64,000 nt of DNA from Clostridia bacterium (GTDB lineage: Bacteria > Bacillota > Clostridia > UBA1381), in the NCBI GenBank assembly GCA_045648165.1, contig JAZRNL010000008.1, forward strand, positions 50,834-114,833. The letters run 5' to 3'. This document shows positions 9,671-18,971 of this stretch, one piece after another (position 1 is the first letter of the stretch; every line of letters begins with the position of its first letter). The position numbers and the translations under genes are program-made. The notes below the pieces were generated by a model. That model saw nothing but the letters and a program-made list of their open reading frames with translations. It did no database searches and was not told the DNA's origin.

Positions 9671-10906
9671 TCAATGTGCAATTTCTGTTTTAAACACTTT
9701 CCTTACCTCACCAATAAGATACAACGAACCGCAAACAGCACATACGCCATCATTTTCAAGAGCACGTCTGACTGCTTCTGCGGAGTTTTCGCAAACCGTT
9801 GCATTAATCCCGTTTATTTCAAAAGCCTTTTTATATTCATCAACCTCTAAAGAACGTGGGACATCACATTTGGTAACAACAATTTTCTTTGTAACTTCTG
9901 AAAGTTTTTGTGCAATTGAATGGTAGTCTTTATCCTGCATAACACCGGTGACGATAGTAATCGGCTTATCAATATTCTTTGCACTTTTAACAAACTCAGT
10001 AACACCATCAATATTATGGCATCCGTCAAGCAAAATACGTTCAGAAATCCACTCAAACCTACCCGGCCAAACAGTTGTCTCAAACCCTTCAGCAATATGA
10101 CGTTCATCAATAGAAAATCCGAAGTTCCGCAAAACTTCAATTATCTCCAGACACACAGCTGCATTTGAATATTGATAGCTGCCTTTAAGGGACAATCTAT
10201 ATTTTTTGTTTTTATAAACCAGTGCATCACCAGCAATGAGAGGCTTACTGCAAACCGTTAGTTCAGCATTCTTATCTCTGGCAGTTTTAGAAAATACCTC
10301 AAACACCTCAGAAGAAGGTTCAGGATATAGCACAATATGTCCTTCATTTTTTATAATCCCTGCTTTTTCCCGAGCGATTTTCTGAATTGTATTACCAAGG
10401 TATTGCATATGGTCAAATCCCACTGACGTAACAGCAGCAACAATACTCTTCCCAATTGCATTAGTAGCATCCAGTCTACCGCCCAAACCGGTTTCAAGCA
10501 CAACAACATCGCAGTCTTTTTTCTCAAAGTACAAAAGTGCTATGGCGAATATCACCGAAAACTCTGCAAGCTCTATGTTTTTACTTTTAACAACATCCGC
10601 TACCTTTGATGCAATTACCGCAAGTTCTTCGTCATTTATATCTTCTCCATTAAACTTTATCCGTTCATTAAATCTTTCTAAAAACGGCGATGTGAACAAA
10701 CCCGTTCTATACCCTGCACACCTCAGAACACTGTCTGTCATAGCAGAAACAGAACCTTTACCATTGGTACCTGCAATGTGAACAAATCGAAGTTTATTTT
10801 CGGGCGAACCAAGTTCTTTAAGAACGGCTTTGAGATTTTGATTTCCCAGGGGCTTTGAAAGCTTTGGAGACGAATGTATATAATTTAAAGCCTCGTCATA
10901 ATTCAT
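9671..10906 (-). CDS. folC: Folylpolyglutamate synthase / dihydrofolate synthase
   Basis: Contains MNYDEALNYIHS, HIAGTNGKGSV (P-loop) and a Mur-ligase fold. AGGAG lies 9 nt before ATG 10906. The ORF-track start at 10924 is a TTG. Confidence 0.9.
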   Translation of the reverse strand: MNYDEALNYIHSSPKLSKPLGNQNLKAVLKELGSPENKLRFVHIAGTNGKGSVSAMTDSVLRCAGYRTGLFTSPFLERFNERIKFNGEDINDEELAVIASKVADVVKSKNIELAEFSVIFAIALLYFEKKDCDVVVLETGLGGRLDATNAIGKSIVAAVTSVGFDHMQYLGNTIQKIAREKAGIIKNEGHIVLYPEPSSEVFEVFSKTARDKNAELTVCSKPLIAGDALVYKNKKYRLSLKGSYQYSNAAVCLEIIEVLRNFGFSIDERHIAEGFETTVWPGRFEWISERILLDGCHNIDGVTEFVKSAKNIDKPITIVTGVMQDKDYHSIAQKLSEVTKKIVVTKCDVPRSLEVDEYKKAFEINGINATVCENSAEAVRRALENDGVCAVCGSLYLIGEVRKVFKTEIAH

Positions 10907-11118
10907 TATTATATCTCCTATCAAAATTATTTATAAACTGCTAACTAATTTATTTTAAATCAATTTTTCAACTCATACTATATTTTACAACCAACAAATA
11001 ACAATGTCAATAAAAATTACAACAAAAAATGGAATATTCAAAGCAAGCGCAGCATATACATATTGTAAATAACAAAAGCATATTACTATGCAACAAAGTA
11101 ACAGTCAGGAGGATTACA

Positions 11119-11772
11119 ATGGAATACAACGGAAATAATCAAGCAAAAATTATAGGTAATATGGTGGATGAATTATCATTCAGCCATCAGGTATACGGCG
11201 AAAAATTTTACATCTTCACTTTGAAGGTGCCACGCCTTAGCGGTACATACGACTTTATCAAAATTCTAACATCGGAGCGCTTGCTTACAGACTGTTCCTG
11301 CAACCCGGGAGATTTTCTTGAAATTGACGGTCAGTTCAGGTCATACAATAGTACAGAGGAGAATTCAAACAGACTTGTTCTCACTGTTTTTGCCAAAAAT
11401 ATAAATCAGTGCGACGACCTTGCTCCAAAAAACCCCAATTCGCTATATCTTGACGGATATATATGCAAGCCGCCGATTTACAGAACCACTCCCTTCGGGA
11501 GAGAAATAACTGATATGCTCATCGCAGTAAACCGCACCTACAGCAAATCAGACTACATACCGGTTATTGCCTGGGGCAGAAACGCAAGATACTGTAAGAA
11601 TTTCCAGGTAGGAGAGCATATACGCGTTTGGGGCAGAATTCAGTCCAGAACTTATCAGAAGCATCTTAATGAAGAAGAAACAATTACAAAAACCGCTTAT
11701 GAAGTTTCAGTAAACAGACTGGAGCTTGCAGAAGAAGCAGAAGAGGAATTGATTGAAACCGAAAAGGTGTAA
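11119..11772 (+). CDS. SSB-like protein with two OB-fold halves
   Basis: CAGGAGG RBS before ATG 11119. There are two internally similar OB-like halves; the second carries PVIAWGRNARYCKNFQVGEHIRVWGRIQSRTYQK. The C-terminus is acidic. Confidence 0.55.
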   Translation: MEYNGNNQAKIIGNMVDELSFSHQVYGEKFYIFTLKVPRLSGTYDFIKILTSERLLTDCSCNPGDFLEIDGQFRSYNSTEENSNRLVLTVFAKNINQCDDLAPKNPNSLYLDGYICKPPIYRTTPFGREITDMLIAVNRTYSKSDYIPVIAWGRNARYCKNFQVGEHIRVWGRIQSRTYQKHLNEEETITKTAYEVSVNRLELAEEAEEELIETEKV

Positions 11773-11811
11773 AATAACAGGTGTTATTGCAAAGCAATAA
11801 CACCTGTTATT
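11773..11811. terminator. Bidirectional intrinsic terminator
   Basis: Perfect 18-bp hairpin AATAACAGGTGTTATTGC-AAA-GCAATAACACCTGTTATT between convergent genes. Confidence 0.8.
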
Positions 11812-12211
11812 GTTTATATAAAATACGTTCGACATATTTGTTTACTTTTTCAAAAACAAGCCCTACAAAGAACCAAAGGGGTCCATAATCAAGACGTATG
11901 AGTCCTGCCACGGAAAACAAACTGTCATAGCGCCACGGAGTAACTCCAAAAAACCTAAAGATACCGCCGCTTATAAATTCAACTGCAAATATAAGACACA
12001 TCCAGACAAGCCCGCGTTCAAACCATTTTCTGTGTTTTATTCTACATAGCACCTTTTCCAGAAGCAAACCTCCGCCACCGTAAATTATAAACATCCATAA
12101 TGAGGTTCTTCCGATCATATTCAAATCCCCCGACAAAAGGCCGCACCAACCCGTCCATAAAACTTCTATATTCCAACCAAGTAATCCGTAAATAATAAAT
12201 TTAATCATCAT
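11807..12211 (-). CDS. Small polytopic membrane protein of unknown function
   Basis: 134 aa with four hydrophobic segments. I cannot assign a family with any confidence. Confidence 0.5.
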   Translation of the reverse strand: MMIKFIIYGLLGWNIEVLWTGWCGLLSGDLNMIGRTSLWMFIIYGGGGLLLEKVLCRIKHRKWFERGLVWMCLIFAVEFISGGIFRFFGVTPWRYDSLFSVAGLIRLDYGPLWFFVGLVFEKVNKYVERILYKQ

Positions 12212-12303
12212 AAATATATTTTTGCCAAAAAAACAAAAATATATTTACAAAACAAAAAAAAGATGTTAAAATACAGAGCAGTTATATCGAAAGGATGATC
12301 ACT

Positions 12304-12771
12304 ATGAAAATTCTGGTTTTTTCGGATTCCCACGGATATTATAACAGAATACTGCCTGTTATTAAAAAACACGACGACGCGGATATGGTAATACATTGCG
12401 GAGATATTATCAACGATTGTATCAGCTTATCAAAGTTAATAAGTCCATCAATCAGATTTTGCTACGTAGCAGGAAACAATGATTATGCTTCAAACGAACC
12501 TAAAGAACTTACCATCGAAGTAGAAGGCAAAAAGCTTTTCATAACACACGGTCACATATACGGAGTTAAGTCAGGTTTAGATTCTCTCAAGAGAAAAATC
12601 AAGGAAGGATATGACCTTGTAATTTACGGTCACACACATATTCCCAACACAGAATACTATATGGGAGGAATTATACTTAACCCCGGAGCAATGTGCTATG
12701 CAACAAAAAGCAGCTACGCAGTAGTAACAATAAACAATAGGATTATAAAAACTACAATTGAAAATATTTAG
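12304..12771 (+). CDS. YfcE/MJ0936-family metallophosphoesterase
   Basis: Contains MKILVFSDSHG, HCGD and GHTH motifs. Confidence 0.8.
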   Translation: MKILVFSDSHGYYNRILPVIKKHDDADMVIHCGDIINDCISLSKLISPSIRFCYVAGNNDYASNEPKELTIEVEGKKLFITHGHIYGVKSGLDSLKRKIKEGYDLVIYGHTHIPNTEYYMGGIILNPGAMCYATKSSYAVVTINNRIIKTTIENI

Positions 12772-13249
12772 ACTTTTCAATTTCATACTTTAATTTTAGT
12801 AAACCCCGTTGGATTTGTTTAGAAACAGTATTCGGCTTCATATTCAGAATTGAAGCCATCTCGCCAATAGTGAAATTTTCAAAAAGATATAGTTTTAAAA
12901 CATTGCTGTATGTATGCATATTATTAATCAAGCCAACCAAAAATTCTAAACTTTCATTTTCCAGAAACACATCAAGCGGGTCGGCTAACACCACGTATTC
13001 GTTTGTTGTTAAATATTTTTCAATTTCAATTTCAGCAATAATTTCATTACAAATATTCATAACATAATCAAAAGTCAGTTTATCATTTCCGCAATATTTT
13101 GAAAAATCCATAATACATTTAAGTATACTCCTATGCAGCACTTCCTCTGATAGTACAACATCGTGCAATTTACATTCAATATGAGAAATCAGGTTATCAC
13201 GCTCTGAAAGATAAAATATTTCAACCTCTTCCCTTTTAGTCTTTGTCAT
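12752..13249 (-). CDS. Sigma-70 region-4-containing protein (divergent sigma-like factor)
   Basis: The C-terminus FTIGEMASILNMKPNTVSKQIQRGLLKLK is a region-4 HTH. I could not recognise a clear region 2. The 3' end overlaps the convergent phosphoesterase gene by 20 nt. Confidence 0.45.
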   Translation of the reverse strand: MTKTKREEVEIFYLSERDNLISHIECKLHDVVLSEEVLHRSILKCIMDFSKYCGNDKLTFDYVMNICNEIIAEIEIEKYLTTNEYVVLADPLDVFLENESLEFLVGLINNMHTYSNVLKLYLFENFTIGEMASILNMKPNTVSKQIQRGLLKLKYEIEKSKYFQL

Positions 13250-13588
13250 ACAAATTCTCACCAAACAAATAATACACCAAAAAATATTTTTGAGGTTATT
13301 TTAACTGAAAAGGGAGATTAATGGGTAATATTGTAATTTTTATCTTAAATCCATACATTAAGAATAAGTTAAGATAAAGATTTACACATCTATGTTATAA
13401 TTATTAATTACAAATTTTGGTAAAAATCTTTTTTTTGAAAAATGTACTGTTTTTTATTTTTAAAATATATTATTATGAAGTAATTGTAAATTTTAATCAA
13501 AAGGTATTCCATATTTAATTAAGTTATGGTATACTAATTCGGATTTGATATCACACTACAGAATATACTGTCTGAAAGGATGAAAATA

Positions 13589-15913
13589 ATGACATTATGC
13601 TCTAAATGCAAAGTTAATCCTGCCATGGTTTTTATAACAAAAATTGAGGACGGCAAAACAGTAAGCGAAGGTTTGTGCCTTTCCTGCGCAAAAGAGTTGG
13701 GGATTGCTCCCGTGGATGAAATGATGAAACAAATGGGAATCAACGAGGAAGACTTGGAAGAGCTTACTACTCAATTTTCGGATATGTTAGACGAATCCGG
13801 GGGTATTGAAGCAATTTCAGAAAGTTTTTCCAACCTACCTGAAGCTCTTGAGGGTTTCAATGAAATCGAAGGCGGTGCACCTACCGCTCCAACAGATATA
13901 TTCAAGAAAATTTTTGGAAACTTCCCATCTCAAGGAGGAGGGGCCGAACCCACAAAACAAGACGGAGGGAAAACTAAAAAGACGCAAAAAGCCGGCAAGA
14001 ACAAGCAAAGTATGCTTGATACCTATGGTACAAACCTGACGGTAAAAGCGGCATTAGGAAAAGTAGACAGGGTAATACACAGAGATACTGAGATTGAACG
14101 TGTTATACAAATTCTAAACAGACGTTCAAAGAATAACCCCGTCCTTTTAGGCGAGCCCGGAGTGGGAAAAACTGCTGTAGCCGAGGGGTTAGCTTGCAGA
14201 ATTTTCGAAAAAAATGTTCCACCAAAGCTTTTAGATTACCAGTTATATCTCATAGATTTCACCGCACTTGTTGCAGGAACACAGTTCAGAGGTCAATTTG
14301 AAGCAAGGCTTAAAAATCTTCTGAACGAAGCAGCTGAGGCGGGAAATGTTATTCTTGTTATTGACGAAATACACAACATAGTTGCTGCAGGTGACGCAGA
14401 AGGTGCAATGAGTGCCGCCAATATTTTAAAGCCTGCACTTGCAAGAGGCGAAATACAGATTATAGGTGCAACTACTCTATCAGAATACAGAAAGCATATC
14501 GAAAAGGACAGCGCTCTTGAAAGGCGTTTCCAACCTGTTATTATTGATGAACCCGATATTCAGGAAAGCATCGAAATATTAAAGGGGATAAAAGACTATT
14601 ATCAGGAATACCATAGCGTTAAAATTTCCGATAAAATAATTGAAAAAGCCGTAAGAATGTCTGAAAGATATATTACAGAAAGATTTCTCCCCGATAAAGC
14701 AATAGATGTAATTGACGAGGCCGGTTCTTCTGTTAATCTAAAAAACAAAGCTTTGTATGAATTTACAAAGATACAGGCAGAAGCTGCAAGCTATGATGAA
14801 AAAATAGAAAAAGCCACCTCAGAAGGTGATTTTGAGACAAGCGCAAATCTTAAAAGTGAATTAATGCGGCTGAACGAACGCATGAAACAGCTCAAAGAAC
14901 AAGCATCACTGGCTGAGATTACAGAAGACGACATTGCAGCGGTTATTGAGTCCTGGACAAAAATCCCCGTTCATCGCCTTACAGAAGACGAAACGCATAA
15001 GCTAATCAATCTTGAAAACCTGCTCCATAATAGAGTTGTAGGTCAGGACGATGCGGTCAATGCAGTTTCAAAAGCTATCCGCCGAGGACGAGCAGATATT
15101 ACAACAAGAAAACGTCCCGTATCTTTTATATTCGCAGGCCCAACCGGAGTGGGAAAAACCGAACTTGTAAAAACAATTGCTGAAGTTATGTTCGGTTCCG
15201 AAGAATCTCTTATACGTCTTGATATGTCAGAATATATGGAAAAGCACGCGGTATCAAAACTTATAGGATCACCCCCGGGTTATGTAGGCTACGATGAAGC
15301 AGGGCAACTCACTGAAAAAGTCAGACGTAAACCTTATTCCGTAATTTTACTTGACGAAATCGAAAAAGCAGACCCGGAAGTTTTCAATATGTTCCTCCAA
15401 ATCCTCGACGACGGAAGAATTTCCGACAGTCATGGTAAAATAATTAATTTTGAAAATGCGATTATTATTATGACAACAAATGCAGGAAGCGAAATTTCCA
15501 CCAAAGCTTTGGGATTTGGTTCTAACATTGAAGATTCAATCTCCGATAACGTTGAGAAAAGTTTGAAAAAACAGTTCAGACCGGAATTTTTAAATCGAAT
15601 TGACGAAATCATCACATTCAAGCCTCTCACTAAAGATGAGCTTAGAATGATAATTGAACTTCTCCTTAAAGACATCTGCGAAAAAATGAAAGAAAAAGGT
15701 GCGACTTTCCAAATCACAAATGAAGCTAAAGAAATTATACTCACTGAAGGCTATGATGCTCAATACGGCGCAAGACCGCTTAAACGAGCAATTCAAAACC
15801 TGATTGAAGATGAACTCTCAAAACTTGCTTTAGCAGGTGAAATCAAAGCAGGAACTAATCTTTCTGCAGATGCAGAAGATGGAAAGATAGTACTCAGAGC
15901 AATTAATGTTTAA
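13589..15913 (+). CDS. clpE: ClpE-type AAA+ Clp ATPase (N-terminal zinc ribbon, two AAA modules)
   Basis: CSKC...CLSC zinc ribbon, two Walker A sites (GEPGVGKT, GPTGVGKT), and a UVR-like EGDFETSANLKSEL segment. AAAGGA lies 8 nt before ATG 13589. Confidence 0.85.
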   Translation: MTLCSKCKVNPAMVFITKIEDGKTVSEGLCLSCAKELGIAPVDEMMKQMGINEEDLEELTTQFSDMLDESGGIEAISESFSNLPEALEGFNEIEGGAPTAPTDIFKKIFGNFPSQGGGAEPTKQDGGKTKKTQKAGKNKQSMLDTYGTNLTVKAALGKVDRVIHRDTEIERVIQILNRRSKNNPVLLGEPGVGKTAVAEGLACRIFEKNVPPKLLDYQLYLIDFTALVAGTQFRGQFEARLKNLLNEAAEAGNVILVIDEIHNIVAAGDAEGAMSAANILKPALARGEIQIIGATTLSEYRKHIEKDSALERRFQPVIIDEPDIQESIEILKGIKDYYQEYHSVKISDKIIEKAVRMSERYITERFLPDKAIDVIDEAGSSVNLKNKALYEFTKIQAEAASYDEKIEKATSEGDFETSANLKSELMRLNERMKQLKEQASLAEITEDDIAAVIESWTKIPVHRLTEDETHKLINLENLLHNRVVGQDDAVNAVSKAIRRGRADITTRKRPVSFIFAGPTGVGKTELVKTIAEVMFGSEESLIRLDMSEYMEKHAVSKLIGSPPGYVGYDEAGQLTEKVRRKPYSVILLDEIEKADPEVFNMFLQILDDGRISDSHGKIINFENAIIIMTTNAGSEISTKALGFGSNIEDSISDNVEKSLKKQFRPEFLNRIDEIITFKPLTKDELRMIIELLLKDICEKMKEKGATFQITNEAKEIILTEGYDAQYGARPLKRAIQNLIEDELSKLALAGEIKAGTNLSADAEDGKIVLRAINV

Positions 15914-15916
15914 TGC

Positions 15917-15976
15917 AAAAAAACCTTTAAAATGCCGAGCGTTCTTAAGAACACTCGGCATATAAAGGTTTTTTTA
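15917..15976. terminator. Bidirectional intrinsic terminator
   Basis: TGCCGAG...CTCGGCA stem nested inside AAAAAAACCTTTA...TAAAGGTTTTTTT, between convergent clpE and hppA. Confidence 0.75.
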
Positions 15977-15990
15977 TTTTACATAATTAA

Positions 15991-18069
15991 TTAAAATAAA
16001 TGGAAATTAACAACCAAAGCTGCAAATACGATAGATACCATACTAAGAAGCTTTATAAGAATGTTAACACTCGGGCCTGCAGTATCCTTGAATGGGTCAC
16101 CAACAGTATCACCAACCACTGCTGCTTTATGATTTTCGGAACCTTTTCCATTGAAGTTGCCGGCTTCTATATACTTCTTAGCATTATCCCAGCTACCTCC
16201 GGAATTCGCCATCATAATTGCAAGAACAAATCCCGAAATGAGTGCACCAGATAGCATACCAACAACACCATTAACACCAAGAACAAGTCCAACTATAATA
16301 GGAGCAATAATTCCGAGTGCTGCCGGAAGTATCATTTCTTTAAGAGAAGAGCGTGTACAAATATCTACACATGTTTCATAATCTGCTTCAGACACCCCTT
16401 GCATCAGCCCGGGGATTTCTTTGAACTGACGCCTTACTTCAACCACAATCTTTTGTGCAGCACGTCCAACCGCCTGCATTGTGTACGCGCTAAACAAAAA
16501 CGGAAGCATTGCACCAACAAATAAACCTACGAGAACTGTGGGATTTGTAATCTGAAGATCGAGAGAACCACCAAGTGCTTTTACCTTATCTGTGTATGAA
16601 ACAATCAAAGCAAGTGCGGTAAGTGCTGCTGAACCAATAGCAAATCCCTTACCTGTAGCCGCTGTTGTGTTACCGAGAGAATCAAGCGCATCAGTTCTTT
16701 CACGTACAGATTTCTCAAGACCGGACATTTCCGCTATTCCGCCTGCATTATCTGCAACAGGTCCGTATGCATCAGTAGCAAGAGTTATCCCAAGGGTAGA
16801 AAGCATACCAACAGCTGAAATACCAACACCATAAAGGCCAAGTTCAAAAGACTGAGCCCCGCCCGCAACAAAATAGCTTATAAGAACAGAAATACCGATT
16901 ATAATTACAGGTATTGCAGTTGAAAGCATACCAAGAGCCATACCGTCAATTATGATTGTTGCACTTCCTGTTTCAGAAGAAGAAGCAAGCTTTTGAGTAG
17001 GCTTATATGAATCGGAAGTATAATACTCAGTGAAAAATCCAATAAGTACACCTGCAACCAGTCCTGAAATCACTGCCCAGAAAACGCCCGAATGTTCAGG
17101 AATTATTTTAAAAATAAGAATTGCAGATACTATTGCAGAAACTGCAGAACTTACATATGTACCGCGTCTGAGTGAACCAAGAAGATTTTTTTGAGTTGCA
17201 CCTTCCTTGGTGCTTACAAAGAATGTTCCAAATATTGATGCAAGAATACCTATCGCAGCAATCATCATAGGTATAATAACCCCGGCAAATCCAAGCCCTG
17301 CTGCAACAGCAAGCGCCCCTGCTGAAATAATCGAACCTACATATGACTCATATAAATCCGCGCCCATTCCTGCAACATCACCAACGTTATCACCTACATT
17401 GTCTGCAATACAGGCTGGGTTCCTGGGATCGTCCTCAGGAATTCCGGCTTCAACTTTACCAACAAGGTCGGCACCCACATCGGCAGCTTTTGTAAATATG
17501 CCGCCACCTACTCGTGCGAAAAGTGCCATTGAGCTCGCACCCATTCCAAATGTAAGCATCGCGCCCATAATACTATTTATATCTGATCCATAAACTAATT
17601 TAAGGATTATAAACCAAACACTGATATCTAAAAGTCCAAGACCAACCACGGTAAGTCCCATAACAGAGCCTGAAGCGAAAGCAATCTGAAGACCTTTATT
17701 AAGCCCTTCTCTTGCCCCGTTAGCTGTTCTTGTGTTTGCATATGTAGCAATCTTCATGCCAACAAACCCTGAAAGACCGGAGAAAAATCCTCCTGACAAG
17801 AAAGCAAAAGGCACAAACCATGTTAGAAATCCGGCAGAAGCAAGAGCGCAAAGTACAACGAACATTACTGCAAAGAATATACCAACAGTTTTATACTGAC
17901 GCTTAAGATAAGCCATTGCTCCCTGTCTTATTTTTTTACCAATACCAATCATCGTTTCAGTGCCTTCCGGTTTACTCTTCACAGAATAGAACTGAACAAT
18001 CGAATAAACAATTGCAACTACAGCGCATAGCAATACTGCATAAGGTGCATAGTTCAAGAATAATTCCAT
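15991..18069 (-). CDS. hppA: Membrane-integral ion-pumping pyrophosphatase, K+-dependent type
   Basis: About 690 aa and polytopic, with GDNVGDVAGMGADL and GDTVGDPFKDT. GNTTAATGKG carries Ala rather than Lys, which is the K+-dependent signature. GGAGGAG lies 6 nt before ATG 18069. Confidence 0.92.
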   Translation of the reverse strand: MELFLNYAPYAVLLCAVVAIVYSIVQFYSVKSKPEGTETMIGIGKKIRQGAMAYLKRQYKTVGIFFAVMFVVLCALASAGFLTWFVPFAFLSGGFFSGLSGFVGMKIATYANTRTANGAREGLNKGLQIAFASGSVMGLTVVGLGLLDISVWFIILKLVYGSDINSIMGAMLTFGMGASSMALFARVGGGIFTKAADVGADLVGKVEAGIPEDDPRNPACIADNVGDNVGDVAGMGADLYESYVGSIISAGALAVAAGLGFAGVIIPMMIAAIGILASIFGTFFVSTKEGATQKNLLGSLRRGTYVSSAVSAIVSAILIFKIIPEHSGVFWAVISGLVAGVLIGFFTEYYTSDSYKPTQKLASSSETGSATIIIDGMALGMLSTAIPVIIIGISVLISYFVAGGAQSFELGLYGVGISAVGMLSTLGITLATDAYGPVADNAGGIAEMSGLEKSVRERTDALDSLGNTTAATGKGFAIGSAALTALALIVSYTDKVKALGGSLDLQITNPTVLVGLFVGAMLPFLFSAYTMQAVGRAAQKIVVEVRRQFKEIPGLMQGVSEADYETCVDICTRSSLKEMILPAALGIIAPIIVGLVLGVNGVVGMLSGALISGFVLAIMMANSGGSWDNAKKYIEAGNFNGKGSENHKAAVVGDTVGDPFKDTAGPSVNILIKLLSMVSIVFAALVVNFHLF

Positions 18070-18304
18070 TATTATCTCCTCCAAATTATAAGTTATCTAA
18101 TTTATAGTGTAATTATAATTTTAACTCAAAAAAATCGTTAAGTCAATATTTTCATAAAATTTTAGCAAGATTTTATAACAATTAATTTGTTTATAAGATA
18201 TTAATATAACAACTGCAATATGGATATATACAATAATGTATAACAGTATATTTTTTTGTGTATACACAAGAAAAAAGGATTGCAAAAATGCAATCCTTTG
18301 AATA

Positions 18305-18844
18305 TCAGCCTTCCATATGCCTGCCCAGAAAACCTGCAGCACTTTCGGCAAGTTTCATTTCAACCTCGCCAGGTTTTTCATTCCCTTTTACAGCGATAAT
18401 AACTGAACCTATTGTATCACCCTCAGAAATTATAGGCATAACAACACCTGCATTATAGTCAACTGCAGAATCTACTATAAGAACTTTTTTGTTTTCTCCG
18501 GTTGAAATATAAACAGTTTTTTCATTCATAAACTGCTCTATATCATGGCTTACTGATTTTTCAAGAAACTCCTTTTTAGGAACACCGGAAACCGCTATAA
18601 CATTATCTCTGTCTGTTATACAAGCACCAAATCCGCTTGTTTTTGCCAAAGTCTCCACATAGCTTGCAGCAAAATCCCCAAGCTCACCAATGGGTGAATA
18701 TTTTTTGAATATTACCTCGCCGTCTGTTGTGGTATATATTTCCAAAGGATCTCCTTCCCTGATCCTGAGAGTTCTTCTAAGTTCCTTAGGTATTACTACC
18801 CTGCCCAAATCATCTATTCTTCTTACAATTCCTGTAGCTTTCAT
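18305..18844 (-). CDS. spoVT: Stage V sporulation protein T (AbrB-family regulator)
   Basis: MKATGIVRRIDDLGRVVIPKELRRTLRIREGDPLEIY SpoVT/AbrB swapped-hairpin N-terminus followed by a GAF-like C-terminus; 179 aa. Confidence 0.9.
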   Translation of the reverse strand: MKATGIVRRIDDLGRVVIPKELRRTLRIREGDPLEIYTTTDGEVIFKKYSPIGELGDFAASYVETLAKTSGFGACITDRDNVIAVSGVPKKEFLEKSVSHDIEQFMNEKTVYISTGENKKVLIVDSAVDYNAGVVMPIISEGDTIGSVIIAVKGNEKPGEVEMKLAESAAGFLGRHMEG

Positions 18845-18971
18845 TTATCAGTTGCTCCTTTTGTTTGATTTTACAAAACTATTGTGTGCACAACAAGGAA
18901 TTTTTATGTAAGGATTTTTTTGTAAAACAGATTAAAAATATAAAGCGCAGTTGTCAAAACACAGCTGCGCT

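Noticed and set aside
12208-12396. 62-aa minus-strand ORF between the membrane-protein gene and the phosphoesterase gene.
   Set aside because: It overlaps the phosphoesterase start and promoter region, has no RBS, and consists of low-complexity AT-driven sequence.
13321-13377. 18-codon ORF (MGNIVIFILNPYIKNKLR) behind a GGGAG motif in the clpE upstream region.
   Set aside because: The RBS spacing is only about 4 nt, there is no way to assess conservation, and the region is very AT-rich, so short ORFs arise by chance.
13265-13588. Searched for a CtsR operator (tandem A/GGTCAAA) and a heat-shock CIRCE element upstream of clpE.
   Set aside because: No match was seen by eye. Only a plausible extended -10 (TGGTATACT) is present.
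18121-18351. 76-aa ORF in the hppA-spoVT intergenic region.
   Set aside because: It overlaps the spoVT 3' end, is AT-rich and has no RBS. It more likely contains the hppA promoter region.
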